A stretch of 64,000 nt of DNA, from contig CAXXHO010000003.1 of the NCBI GenBank assembly GCA_963667725.2, positions 1,056,001 through 1,120,000 of the forward strand, given 5' to 3'. Positions within the stretch are counted from its first letter, which is position 1, and every line of letters starts with the position of its first letter. Below the pieces are notes generated by a model that was not told the DNA's origin, searched no databases, and saw only the letters and a list, made by a program, of their open reading frames with translations. Positions 1-9,743 of this stretch are shown here, one piece after another. Source of the stretch: Treponemataceae bacterium. Lineage in GTDB: Bacteria > Spirochaetota > Spirochaetia > Treponematales > Rectinemataceae. The translations under genes and the position numbers were made by a program.

Positions 1-321
1 GTGTTCCCGGCGGAGCAAATCAAGGGCTTAGACGGAAAGCCGGTTACAGGCGGACCCGCGACCGGAACGGGCACCGGATATTACGCCCCGGTAGAGGTAA
101 CCTTAAGCCTAAGTAACGGGTATATAACCGACGTCAGATTTATCAACGTGGAGGACAAACAAACTGAAACGTTTTTTAACAAGGCCAGAACCTATGCGGC
201 TGATTTTTTTAAAGTTATGAACTCCCCGGATTTTGTTCCCGCCGTATCCGGCGCTTCCTATTCCGGCAACGGCGTCAGGGAAGCCGCTAAAGACGCGATA
301 AACAAAATCGTAAGCAAATAG
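1..321 (+). CDS. FMN-binding domain protein, C-terminal part (probably begins left of the window)
   Basis: ORF open from base 1. The GTGTGY...VEVTL...ITDV and AVSGASYS...VREAAKDA pattern matches FMN_bind domains (SGA[S/T] flavinylation motif). Confidence 0.7.
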   Translation: MFPAEQIKGLDGKPVTGGPATGTGTGYYAPVEVTLSLSNGYITDVRFINVEDKQTETFFNKARTYAADFFKVMNSPDFVPAVSGASYSGNGVREAAKDAINKIVSK

Positions 322-339
322 AATTATTATAAAGGAATG

Positions 340-366
340 AAGCCTCCCGCCCTGGAGGCTTTTTTA
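340..366 (+). terminator. Intrinsic terminator
   Basis: AAGCCTCC-cgccct-GGAGGCTT followed by a T tract, just after the stop codon. Confidence 0.8.
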
Positions 367-495
367 TTCCAAGTCACGTCTCACAGGCTTCATTTACTCT
401 ACGTCTCCCCGGACAGACCGGTACCGAAAATCAAGCCCTTTTTTGATATTATAAATTTTTGTTGAAACTCATCTTACCACTGTGTTTATTGACTA

Positions 496-528
496 AAATA
501 AAAAAGGCTGTCATCTCTGACGGCCTTT
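496..528 (-). terminator. Intrinsic terminator for a minus-strand transcript
   Basis: Stem AAAGGCTGTCA-tctc-TGACGGCCTTT with an A tract on the left (U tract on minus), immediately 3' of the tmRNA-like fragment. Confidence 0.65.
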
Positions 529-534
529 CCGTTC

Positions 535-557
535 GTGGAGGTGAGGGGAATCGAACC
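535..557 (-). other. Isolated 3' fragment of tmRNA (or a tRNA): T-arm plus acceptor strand, probable att remnant
   Basis: Minus strand reads GGTTCGATTCCCCTCACCTCCAC, the typical ssrA 3' end pattern. No rest of a tRNA/tmRNA gene is adjacent. Confidence 0.65.
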
Positions 558-691
558 TAAATACTTATATGATATATAATTACATAGTATATCATAGAGT
601 GCTATGATTTCTTTCTCTAAAAGTACTTAGCTCTGTCAACATCATAATGAGCCCATTGATATTGCTCGTCGTTATCCTCGATTTTAAGAAA

Positions 692-743
692 TATTGCTTA
701 CAGTATTGATTACAGTATTGCTTACAGTATTGCTTACAGTATT
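692..743. repeat. Tandem 12-bp repeat TATTG(C/A)TTACAG, about 4.3 copies
   Basis: Copies start at 692, 704, 716 and 728, with a partial copy at 740. Confidence 0.95.
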
Positions 744-1047
744 TGATTAGTAATAAATTATTGGGTCCTTTTATAGGCGAAGTGCATATTCATAGAAGTC
801 AATTCTTTCGAAATAGCACCTGCGCATTACGAGTGCATATTCTATAAAGCATGCAGTAGCTTACACTACTATAGTATTTGCATAATTCATTTCAGTCAAT
901 AGATATAATTTCTATTGTGTTACTTTTAGTTATCTAGCTTTGCTCAGTTAATTATGCAGTTTTGGTCAACTTTGCTACCGATTTTGCTACAGAGCTTGGC
1001 TCTATATAGGCAGATTTTTATGCTTAGGTAGTATTCAATTCAAGCGA

Positions 1048-1845
1048 TCATCCACCGAGCAGTTTGGACAGTTCCTCAGCTTTCTTAAGCGTGTATGGGA
1101 TTGCCCTTTCCATGAAGTCTTCTGACATCCGTCCAAGCACTGCTGATACGCAAATTGTGCCAACAAGCATTCCCGCCCCGCTGAAGACCGGTACTGCCAA
1201 TGCGGCCGATCCCAACGATTTGTCTTCAAAAGAAACCAGGTATCCTTGTTTACGAACCAGTGCAAGACATTCTCGCAACTCAGTTTCTGTTGTTAACGTA
1301 TTTTTCGTATATTTTTTGAACGGAGCTTTTGCCAAGACAGCATTACGCAAAGTTTCAGAGCCCCATGTGAGCAATACTTTGCTTGAAGCCCCGTAGGGGA
1401 ATTCCCCTTCTGAACCTTCTATCATGCTGTAACGTACCGGTTGCGGGCTTTCCACTGAACAGATACAAAGTCTCTTATCATTTCGGAGAATTTGAAAGCT
1501 TACCGTTTCCTGAAGGTCATTGGCCATTTTTACTAATTCCGGACGAATAGTCTTGATAAGTGTGTTGCTTCGTTCGTAGGCTTTTCCAAGGGAGAGCAGC
1601 CTTGGCCCTAATGAATAGATTCCCTCTTCTCTCATGTGAATCATATACCCCATGTGTTCCATGGTTCCGCAAAGCCGCATGATCCTCGATTTATTGATAC
1701 CTACTTCCCTGCTTAATTCTGCGAGTGAGGCATGCGAGTCTTTTTTTGCCAGATAATCCAGGATCCTTAGGCTGTAAATAAGAGATGAGTTCAACCTGTC
1801 AGATTCTTTGCTTTTTGCATTTTTATCGATTTTTTTATCTTCCAT
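1048..1845 (-). CDS. IclR-family transcriptional regulator
   Basis: N-terminal HTH (SLAELSREVGINKSRIMRL) and IclR effector domain (GASSKVLL, AVPVF). Start moved to ATG 1845, which has a GAGGAG RBS. Confidence 0.92.
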   Translation of the reverse strand: MEDKKIDKNAKSKESDRLNSSLIYSLRILDYLAKKDSHASLAELSREVGINKSRIMRLCGTMEHMGYMIHMREEGIYSLGPRLLSLGKAYERSNTLIKTIRPELVKMANDLQETVSFQILRNDKRLCICSVESPQPVRYSMIEGSEGEFPYGASSKVLLTWGSETLRNAVLAKAPFKKYTKNTLTTETELRECLALVRKQGYLVSFEDKSLGSAALAVPVFSGAGMLVGTICVSAVLGRMSEDFMERAIPYTLKKAEELSKLLGG

Positions 1846-1973
1846 ATAATATTCTCCTCGGCTAAATTCCAGCTCTCTGCACTGATGGATCGTGACCAAT
1901 TACCTATACAGTGATTCCCGTCACCTCTAAAAACATAAAGTGTTCCAGAAGTATAGATAGAAATATCAAAAAA

Positions 1974-2018
1974 TAGAATCATATTCTACTTGACAATACC
2001 GAGTTTGTACAGGAGAAT
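1974..2018 (+). promoter_or_regulatory. Sigma70-type promoter with an adjacent palindrome (candidate IclR operator)
   Basis: TAGAAT-cat-ATTCTA at 1974-1988 abuts TTGACA (1990-1995), a 17-nt spacer and GAGAAT. Confidence 0.5.
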
Positions 2019-2114
2019 AAAAATAGAACGCAAGCTAATATTTTAGAACAGTCGTTATTACAACATACGAACTGGTATACAATTTTTGAAAGAATAAAGA
2101 GGGTAGGTAGATTC

Positions 2115-3269
2115 GTGGATTGTCTCGAAAGGATATTCAAGGAGATTCATAGTAATCCGGAGCTCGCAATGAAAGAGCAGAAGACAACTGCGCTTATCAA
2201 ATCCGTCATAGCTGAGTTAGGAGTTGAACAGATTCAACTTCAGAGAATGGAAGTGGGCGCAGCATGTATAATACGTGGTAAAAAACCTGGGCCTACACTA
2301 GCCCTACGGGCTGATATGGACGCTCTGCCGCTTGAAGAGAAAACTGGGCTAGATTACGCATCCAAGATACCATTCACAATGCATGCCTGTGGGCATGACT
2401 TAAATACTACAATCCTTATAGGAGTACTTCAACAAATGGTAGAGCGCCGGATCGATGAACACATCGCGGGCAATATCAAATTTCTCTTCCAGCCGGCGGA
2501 AGAGACGCTTGAAGGCGCCAGGTTGATGATCGATGCACAGGTCCTGCAAAATCCTAAAGTCGACATGATCCTCATGTCTCATGGTGATCCAGATCTCAAG
2601 GTGGGCCAGATTGGTCTATTTAGTGAATTCAGCCATGCAAATTCTGATACGTTCATTATTGAGATGAAAGGAACAGGAGGTCATGCCGCCAGACCATATG
2701 AAACCCAGGATCTCGTTCTTACAGGCTCATATATAATTACAATGTTCCAATCCATTATCTCCCGTAATCTGGATGCGAGGGATATAGCCGTTCTCTCGGT
2801 AAGTAGTTTTAATGCCGGTAATGCCCCTAATATTATTCCCAGCACTGCTCGATTGACTGGTACGGTTAGGACCCTCGCGGATAATGTCCAGGAAATAATC
2901 CAGAATAGAATGCAAGAAATCTGTGCATCAGCAGCAAGTGCATTCCATCTCGAGGTGTCGTTTCAATACAAACGCGGTACGCCCTCTTGTAAGGTAGATG
3001 ATCATGCAGAGGCTCTTCTTCTCGGAGCCGCTTCTAAGTATATACAGCGGAAAGACATCTTTGACCTGAAAACTAGAATGGGAGGAGAGGATTTTGCCTA
3101 TTTTTCCAGGCTTGTTCCCGCTGGAGTTATGCGACTTGGTGTGACGCCTCCTGACAGTAAAAAGTATGGGTCTACCCATTCATCAACATTTCGAGCCGAT
3201 ATGAATGCTATTCCCGTTGGCGTAAAGATTCTTTGCCAGGCCGTAGAGGATTATTTCAAATGCAATTAA
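2115..3269 (+). CDS. M20D-family amidohydrolase
   Basis: Motifs IHSNPELAMKE, LRADMDALP, MHACGHD, FQPAEE, GGEDF and a C-terminal H. Confidence 0.93.
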   Translation: MDCLERIFKEIHSNPELAMKEQKTTALIKSVIAELGVEQIQLQRMEVGAACIIRGKKPGPTLALRADMDALPLEEKTGLDYASKIPFTMHACGHDLNTTILIGVLQQMVERRIDEHIAGNIKFLFQPAEETLEGARLMIDAQVLQNPKVDMILMSHGDPDLKVGQIGLFSEFSHANSDTFIIEMKGTGGHAARPYETQDLVLTGSYIITMFQSIISRNLDARDIAVLSVSSFNAGNAPNIIPSTARLTGTVRTLADNVQEIIQNRMQEICASAASAFHLEVSFQYKRGTPSCKVDDHAEALLLGAASKYIQRKDIFDLKTRMGGEDFAYFSRLVPAGVMRLGVTPPDSKKYGSTHSSTFRADMNAIPVGVKILCQAVEDYFKCN

Positions 3270-4465
3270 GTATCAATAACACTGTAGAAAATGGCTTATC
3301 AGCCAATTCAATGGACGCTTATGCATACCTTGAAGATTCCTCAGCGGTAACGGTGGAACTCGCGCCTGATGTCGATGGACCCTGGGACAGTCTTCTTCCC
3401 GTGTCGGGAGAGCAGGAAAAAAGGGCGATGAAGCTGTACAAGGATTCAATCGTTTTTGATCTGCACAATCATGTGCACCGATTACCGAAAAACGTGTTGA
3501 GCGATTTCGAATCGTATGCAAGAAGCGGACGTGTGGCGAACGGGTATCAAGGTATCGCCAAATCCAGAATGACAGCCTGTTTTAATGGATATGGAGGAAG
3601 TGTTGGTAGGCGCTCGAGCCCTCAAGCCTGGCAATTCGATGACATTCTCTGGGATCTTGGCATGCGGCAGGCAGACATTCTACATCACCCAACGGTCACT
3701 ATGCCAGGGACCTGTGTAGCCGACATTTATAAAGCCAAAGAACGGGGTATTTGTGCAATTTTCGCTAATGTTGAGAACGCTGGTATCATTGGGAATGAAC
3801 TAGATAGACTCGATGTCCTATACGGGTTCGGAGTCAGGTGCCTAGGCCTGTCTTATAATCAGCGTAATACACTTGCCGATGGCAGCAACGAAAAGGAAGA
3901 GGGTGGGTTAAGCCTGCTTGGAGTCAAAGCGGTCCTCAGGATGAACCAGCTGGGAATATTGATGGATTTCGCCCACAGTTCGGATAGAGCTATTTTAGAC
4001 ACTCTTGAGGTATCTCGTGTTCCTTGCTGTATCAGTCATTCCATCCCTTTGGCATTGCGTGACCATCCTAAAGCTAAATCGGATGAAATCCTGAAGCTTA
4101 TCGCTAAGGAAGGATGGGTTTTTGGCGTACAGTCGGTCCCAAACATTACTTCGTCAGGCAAGGAACAGAGCATTATTGATGTTGCAGATCAGATAGACCA
4201 CTGCGTTGAAGTTATGGGTATCGACCATGTGGCGATTGGTACTGATTCTATGTTTGGCAATCATCGAGATCTACATAAATGCATATCAAAAATGATGGGA
4301 CACGCACATAAGGGGTTCATGGGCGAATATGTTAAATACTTGGAAAACCCCGGCGAGCTTCCTAATTTGGGGAGAATTCTGGTTTTGCGTGGTTACTCAG
4401 ATGAGGATATTGGTAAACTACTTGGGATGAATATTGTACATCTTCTCGGAAATACTATCGGCTAG
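3260..4465 (+). CDS. Membrane dipeptidase (peptidase M19) family protein
   Basis: Motifs DLHNH, VENA, GVRCLGLSYNQRN, MNQLGILMDFAH, SHS and GIDHVAIGTD. ATG 3260 follows AGAGGA. Confidence 0.88.
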   Translation: MQLSINNTVENGLSANSMDAYAYLEDSSAVTVELAPDVDGPWDSLLPVSGEQEKRAMKLYKDSIVFDLHNHVHRLPKNVLSDFESYARSGRVANGYQGIAKSRMTACFNGYGGSVGRRSSPQAWQFDDILWDLGMRQADILHHPTVTMPGTCVADIYKAKERGICAIFANVENAGIIGNELDRLDVLYGFGVRCLGLSYNQRNTLADGSNEKEEGGLSLLGVKAVLRMNQLGILMDFAHSSDRAILDTLEVSRVPCCISHSIPLALRDHPKAKSDEILKLIAKEGWVFGVQSVPNITSSGKEQSIIDVADQIDHCVEVMGIDHVAIGTDSMFGNHRDLHKCISKMMGHAHKGFMGEYVKYLENPGELPNLGRILVLRGYSDEDIGKLLGMNIVHLLGNTIG

Positions 4466-4504
4466 ATTTGCATGCAGCAATTTTGAATTAAGGAAGAAAT
4501 CGGT

Positions 4505-5005
4505 ATGACGAAGGCAAAAAAAGATCTAGTTTGGTCCGTATTGCTTTGCGCGACAAGCATTGGGACCTACTTCTACAGTAATTCGTTCAAGAGTCTCTTT
4601 GCGACCCAGTTTTTAGCCGAATCATCCGTATATACAAAAATTTGGGCGGTTGCTCTTTTTCTTCTTTCCGTGGCGCTCGGGATACGCTCCCTTAAAAACA
4701 TTGATAAGGAAAAATCAACGCAGTTGGTGAGTATAGGAACGATAGTGTCTATTCTTGCGTTGATCATCTACCTTCTTGTATTGAATTATGTGGGTTTTCT
4801 TATCAGTACAGTTGTTTTTCTGACTGGTATGATCACGTATTACCAGTGGTTGAGCTTGAAAAAAGAAGAGCGCGCAATTTTTAAGCTCTCTGTATCACTG
4901 ATAAAATCGTTTTTTTTATCAGCAATCGTATCAGTAATCCTACAACTGATTTTTACCCATTTATTTGGTGTATTACTTCCGACATGTATTGTGATCGGAA
5001 TTTGA
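4505..5005 (+). CDS. tctB: Tripartite tricarboxylate transporter TctB-family small membrane subunit
   Basis: About 4-5 TM segments, GFLIST and C-terminal FxxLFGVLLP; adjacent to TctC and TctA. Confidence 0.82.
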   Translation: MTKAKKDLVWSVLLCATSIGTYFYSNSFKSLFATQFLAESSVYTKIWAVALFLLSVALGIRSLKNIDKEKSTQLVSIGTIVSILALIIYLLVLNYVGFLISTVVFLTGMITYYQWLSLKKEERAIFKLSVSLIKSFFLSAIVSVILQLIFTHLFGVLLPTCIVIGI

Positions 5006-5022
5006 ATACAAGGAGGAGAGCC

Positions 5023-5994
5023 ATGATGTCGAAAAGAAATGCAAGGTTGTCCAAGCGTATCGTTTGTTTGGCGGTTATGATGCTAACGGTTGGGATATCT
5101 GCATATGCACAGAATTTCCCAATACACTCAGTGAAAGTAATAGTTCCTTTCGGACCGGGAGGAAGCGGAGATCTCACTACCCGTATCCTTCTCCAGTATA
5201 CCAATCTTGGACAACCTACTGTCGTTGTGAATATCGCAGGAGCAGGTGCCACCATCGGAACCATGGAAGCCTATAATAGTAAACCTGATGGTTATACGTT
5301 GCTTGCTAATACTCCTGCTGGAATGATACTAGGAGGATTTCAGGGCCTTTATTCTGAAGATGTCTTCCGGAAGATGATTCCATTAATTGTCATGGGCTTA
5401 GACAATCCTGTATTCTGTGTTTCTGGAAAATCTCAATTCAAGAACGCCAAACAATTTTTCGACTACGCCAAAGCTAATCCAGGAAAGCTGAACCTCGCAT
5501 CTGTTGGGATGTCCACCATGTATACGTCCAGTCTTGTCGTAAGAGATTCTGTTGGTATGGATCTCAATTATGTATCTTTCGATAGTTCTACAAAATCAAG
5601 AGCGGCGCTTCTTGGAGGCCATGTCGATTCCTTGCTTGCCACGATTTCCGAAAACAAAGCGTTAATAGAATCTGGTGATCTCAAACCCCTCTTTGTGCTT
5701 TCGGCAGAACGCTCTCCTTTCCTTCCTGATGTTCCCACTATGATCGAACTTGGATACAACGTCACTGGATGCCTCGGTACACGTGGAATCTGGGCTCCAG
5801 CTAATACTCCTGCATCGATCGTCAAGAAGCTGGAATCTGCTTTCCTTAAGGCAGCGCAGAATCCTGAGTTTAAGAAAGTATATTTGGAAAAAATGGCGAT
5901 CGAGCCGGTAGCATGGGATAGCGCTACGTGTAGGGCTTGGGTCGACAACAATGCTGCATATTACAAAGATCTCTTGCACAAGTATTCAAAATAA
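5023..5994 (+). CDS. tctC: TctC/Bug-family substrate-binding protein
   Basis: Signal peptide; IVPFGPGGSGD, VVNIAGAGATIG, PDGYTLL, PDVPTMIELG; AGGAGG RBS. Confidence 0.92.
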   Translation: MMSKRNARLSKRIVCLAVMMLTVGISAYAQNFPIHSVKVIVPFGPGGSGDLTTRILLQYTNLGQPTVVVNIAGAGATIGTMEAYNSKPDGYTLLANTPAGMILGGFQGLYSEDVFRKMIPLIVMGLDNPVFCVSGKSQFKNAKQFFDYAKANPGKLNLASVGMSTMYTSSLVVRDSVGMDLNYVSFDSSTKSRAALLGGHVDSLLATISENKALIESGDLKPLFVLSAERSPFLPDVPTMIELGYNVTGCLGTRGIWAPANTPASIVKKLESAFLKAAQNPEFKKVYLEKMAIEPVAWDSATCRAWVDNNAAYYKDLLHKYSK

Positions 5995-6073
5995 TATCGA
6001 GGAGCTATGTGATGGCGCGGGTATTCATCAAGGGTGAAATCCGCGCCGTAATTGAGACTAGTCAGGAGATAAT

Positions 6074-7579
6074 ATGGATATTCTTTCAATACTCGGGGCA
6101 GGATTCCAGGCCTTTTTGACCGATCCCACCGTTATGGCTTTACTTATCGGGGGTGTAATCCTCGGACTGATTTTCGGAGTAATTCCAGGACTAACGGCGG
6201 CGCTTGGTGTCTCCTTGATACTGCCACTTACCTATGTACTGTCGCCCATCCAGGGGCTTGCGACGTTGATAGGTATCTATGTTGGTGGAATATCAGGTGG
6301 CTTGTATGGCGCAATCTTGATAAATATTCCCGGCACCTCAGCATCTATAGTGACCTGCTTCGACGGACATCCAATGGCGAAAAAAGGAAAGGCAGCCGAA
6401 GCTCTTTCTATGGGAATTTTTGCTTCCTTCATCGGGGGCACCTTTAGCATGTTTATCCTAGTTACCGTAGCGCCCTTGCTAGCAAAAGCAGCTTTGGTCT
6501 TTGGGCCATGGGAATACACTGCATTGGGAATAATGGGCTTAAGTGTGGTTGTGAGTTTAGCAAGCAAAGATCTCCTTAAGGGGCTAATCTCGGCTGTTGT
6601 CGGCATTTTTCTTGCGCTTGCAGGAATGGACCCGATTTTAGGAATTAGCAGATTTACTTTCGGATTCTGGCAGTTGAATACTGGGTTCCCTACCTTGCCC
6701 ACTATGATGGGTTTTTTCGCATTAGGTGAGATGTTGAATCAGGTACGCTCTCTTGAGTCGGGCAGTAGTGAAATGCAGGTCTTGCAGAAAAAAGTGCCTC
6801 TGCTCCCCTCCTGGAGCAACATCAAGCAATCAAGACTAGCCCTATTCATCGGATCCATAGTCGGTACCATAATTGGCATTCTGCCCGGTGTCGGGCAATC
6901 TACGGCATCAATGCTTGCTTACTCACAAGTAAAAGCGTTGTCTAAACATCCTGATGAATTTGGCAAAGGCAGTATTGAAGGTGTTGCGGTATCTGAATCC
7001 GCCAACAATGCGGTATGCGGCGGTGCCATGATTCCTATGATGACTCTTGGCATTCCAGGCGATCTTGTTACATCGATCCTTATGGGCGGTCTTGTTATCC
7101 ATGGTTTACAGCCAGGTCCGCTTATGTTCCGTCTCAACCCTGATGTCGTGGGTTCAATGTTTGTAGCTTATGCCCTCTCAAATATTATCATGGTGATCGT
7201 TGCACTCGCGATGGTTCGTATCTTCGTTAAGTTACTTAAGGTTCCTGCGAAAATTCTCTATCCTATCATACTAATTATGTGTGTACTTGGTACCTTTAGC
7301 GTCAACAATCGGGTGTTCGATATTTGGATTCTTCTCATAGCTGGGATTTTTGGGTATTTGTTTACTGGGAGCGGTTTTTCTCTTCCTCCAATGATTCTCG
7401 GCTACATCCTTGGCCCAATTGTTGAGAGCAACTTCCGCACGGCGATAATCGCATCCAAAGGTAATCTAGCAGATTTTGGAAACAAACCTATTGCTGTTAT
7501 AATCCTCATCATATCAGCGCTTTTTATACTGCTTCCACTTTATTTCAAGTTCCGAAGAACTAAAGCTATAAAGAGATGA
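6074..7579 (+). CDS. tctA: TctA-family large permease
   Basis: GVIPGL, AILINIPGT, DGHPMAKKG, ESANNA, LGIPG, GLQPGP. Confidence 0.95.
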   Translation: MDILSILGAGFQAFLTDPTVMALLIGGVILGLIFGVIPGLTAALGVSLILPLTYVLSPIQGLATLIGIYVGGISGGLYGAILINIPGTSASIVTCFDGHPMAKKGKAAEALSMGIFASFIGGTFSMFILVTVAPLLAKAALVFGPWEYTALGIMGLSVVVSLASKDLLKGLISAVVGIFLALAGMDPILGISRFTFGFWQLNTGFPTLPTMMGFFALGEMLNQVRSLESGSSEMQVLQKKVPLLPSWSNIKQSRLALFIGSIVGTIIGILPGVGQSTASMLAYSQVKALSKHPDEFGKGSIEGVAVSESANNAVCGGAMIPMMTLGIPGDLVTSILMGGLVIHGLQPGPLMFRLNPDVVGSMFVAYALSNIIMVIVALAMVRIFVKLLKVPAKILYPIILIMCVLGTFSVNNRVFDIWILLIAGIFGYLFTGSGFSLPPMILGYILGPIVESNFRTAIIASKGNLADFGNKPIAVIILIISALFILLPLYFKFRRTKAIKR

Positions 7580-7616
7580 AAGGCAATTTTCACTAATTAA
7601 TCGGCAAACTATCTGT

Positions 7617-7650
7617 CGAGGTGTCACATGAAGGCACCTCGATATTTTTA
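7617..7650 (+). terminator. Probable intrinsic terminator after tctA
   Basis: CGAGGTGTC...GGCACCTCG followed by a T-rich tract. Confidence 0.6.
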
Positions 7651-7849
7651 ATAGGTTTCTCTATTATTCGCAATACATGTCCAGTCTTTAGGAATTACAT
7701 AATGAAGACAAGCATTGTTAGGGCTATTAAAGCTGTCACTAATGGTCTTCGCTAGGATGCCTTAATGACTTTACGCCTTAACACTTCCGTTAGTGTAAAA
7801 GGTGGATTTTAATTTTAAAAAGAAACCAATCCGTTATATAAGCATGTAA

Positions 7850-8020
7850 TACGCTACACCTAAATGGGTTGACTGGTTCAACAACCGAAGGCTGTTCAAG
7901 CCAATCGGCAATATTACTATACCAGCGGAGTTTGAAGATTCATATTATACTAATCAAGAAATCTTGGTCTTCGGAACCGGACTCATATGAAAGGTACTCC
8001 GGTAAACCTGGGGCGATTCA
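7850..8020 (+). mobile_element. IS3-family remnant (transposase C-terminus plus right end)
   Basis: Translates to KWVDWFNNRRLFKPIGNITIPAEFEDSYY...*, then CTCCGGTAAACCTGGGGCGATTCA, an IS3/IS51-type right terminus ending in CA. Confidence 0.8.
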
Positions 8021-8141
8021 CTTTCAAGGCATTCCATGGTAGTTTTGATTATGGAGAACTCGATCATCTCTTCGCTATGGATTAGTTTTTGAATTATTTA
8101 TTCTGCCATAAATATTTGATTGTTTTTTATGGATTTATAAT

Positions 8142-9743
8142 ATGATAAGACATAGTCAAAAGAAAACAACTCCTCATATGAGCTTACGAGTACGCTTAGC
8201 TGCCGTAATGATGGCAACCATCATTATTTCTGTCTGTATTCAAATAGTTGCAGCGCGAACGTTTATAAAAAACTACATCATAAGTAATGGTTCTAATAGA
8301 GTTCTAAATATTGCAAAAGATCTTTCAATTGACCCGGAAATTATAGATGCGTTTTTGTTGGATGAGCCACAGTATGTGATTCAGCCAATTGTTGAACGGA
8401 CAAGAGTTTTAACGGAAACCAGTTTTATCGTTGTTTTTAATATGAATAGTGTAAGATACTCTCATCCAGTCCCTTCAAGGATTGGAAAAAAGTTTATCGG
8501 TGGAGATGAGGAAAGAGCATTAAAAGGTGAGAGCTATGTATCAACTGCAAGAGGAACCTTAACTACATCAATTCGATCTTTTGTTCCGATTAAAAATGAG
8601 GAAGATCAACAAATAGGCGTTATCTCTGTCGGGCTTAATTTGGATGATCTTCAGGAAGAGACAAGAAATATTACTGCCATTCTTTATTATATTGGAATGA
8701 TAACACTCGTAATAGGTATTGTTGGGTCGACTGTTCTTTCGCAAAATATAAAAAAGAGTCTTTTTGGTCTTGAGCCTGTTGAAATTGCAACACTTTTAGA
8801 GGAGAGAAATATCATTATTTCTACTGTTATGGAAGGCATTGTTGCAGTGGACCGAAAAGGTGATCTTCTTCTGATCAATGAGAGCGCTCGAAGATTACTC
8901 TCTATCGAAGATAAGCTTAGCTCCTCAATGAATCCAGCAATATATACTTCAATTGGTCTTGATTCAGTTATTGCTACCGGTGAGTCATCAATTGATGATG
9001 AGATCAGTCTTTGTGGAAGAGATGTTGTGGTAAATCGTATTCCAATGGTTTCTGGTGATACAATAATTGGCGCTGTTGCGACATTACGTGACAGAAGTGA
9101 AATGAAATTACTTGCAGGGGAGTTGATGGCGATCAAGCAATACACTACAGCTCTTCGTGCTCAAAAACACGAATTTATGAATAAGTTACAGGTTGTCTCT
9201 GGACTGTTGCAGATAAATCGTTCTACAGATGCATTAGCATATATAAAAAGCACTGTATCTAAACAACAGCAATCAGTGGATTCTTTACGACTAACCATTG
9301 AACCAGCTGAAATTTTGGCATTAGTTTTGGCCAAGATGGATGAAGCAAACGAAGCGAATATAATTATTAAAATAGAAGACGGAAGTCATTTGCCTTCACT
9401 CGGATACACAGCAACTGCAGCTTTCATCACTATTATAGGAAACCTTATACAGAATGCTATAGAATCATTGAAAACGAGCGAGCAACAGGAAAAATGTATT
9501 TCTTTACATTTTAGTCAACAAAACGGATGGTTCGATCTCAATATCGAGGATAATGGGATAGGAATAGATCCATCTCTACGAGATAAACTATTCTTGCAAG
9601 GTACTACTTCTAAAGGGGAAGGTCATATGGGTGTCGGTCTCTATCTTGTAAAGAAACAAGTAGAAGTAATGCAAGGGGAGATAGAAATAATTGAGAATAG
9701 TGGCGTAAAGATTAGTATCCGTATTCCTTTGGATAAGCTATGA
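8142..9743 (+). CDS. CitA/DcuS/MalK-family sensor histidine kinase
   Basis: Periplasmic RYSHP and ARGTL, a PAS region, H-box LRAQKHEFMNKL, GNLIQNA, DNGIG, GVGL. Confidence 0.95.
   Translation: MIRHSQKKTTPHMSLRVRLAAVMMATIIISVCIQIVAARTFIKNYIISNGSNRVLNIAKDLSIDPEIIDAFLLDEPQYVIQPIVERTRVLTETSFIVVFNMNSVRYSHPVPSRIGKKFIGGDEERALKGESYVSTARGTLTTSIRSFVPIKNEEDQQIGVISVGLNLDDLQEETRNITAILYYIGMITLVIGIVGSTVLSQNIKKSLFGLEPVEIATLLEERNIIISTVMEGIVAVDRKGDLLLINESARRLLSIEDKLSSSMNPAIYTSIGLDSVIATGESSIDDEISLCGRDVVVNRIPMVSGDTIIGAVATLRDRSEMKLLAGELMAIKQYTTALRAQKHEFMNKLQVVSGLLQINRSTDALAYIKSTVSKQQQSVDSLRLTIEPAEILALVLAKMDEANEANIIIKIEDGSHLPSLGYTATAAFITIIGNLIQNAIESLKTSEQQEKCISLHFSQQNGWFDLNIEDNGIGIDPSLRDKLFLQGTTSKGEGHMGVGLYLVKKQVEVMQGEIEIIENSGVKISIRIPLDKL

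Noticed and set aside
645..656. ATAATGAGCCCA matches the IS3 left terminus
   Set aside because: Only 12 bp match and similarity does not continue, so chance is a sufficient explanation.
692..743. Possible CRISPR array
   Set aside because: The units are 12 bp, contiguous and without unique spacers, and there are no cas genes in the window.
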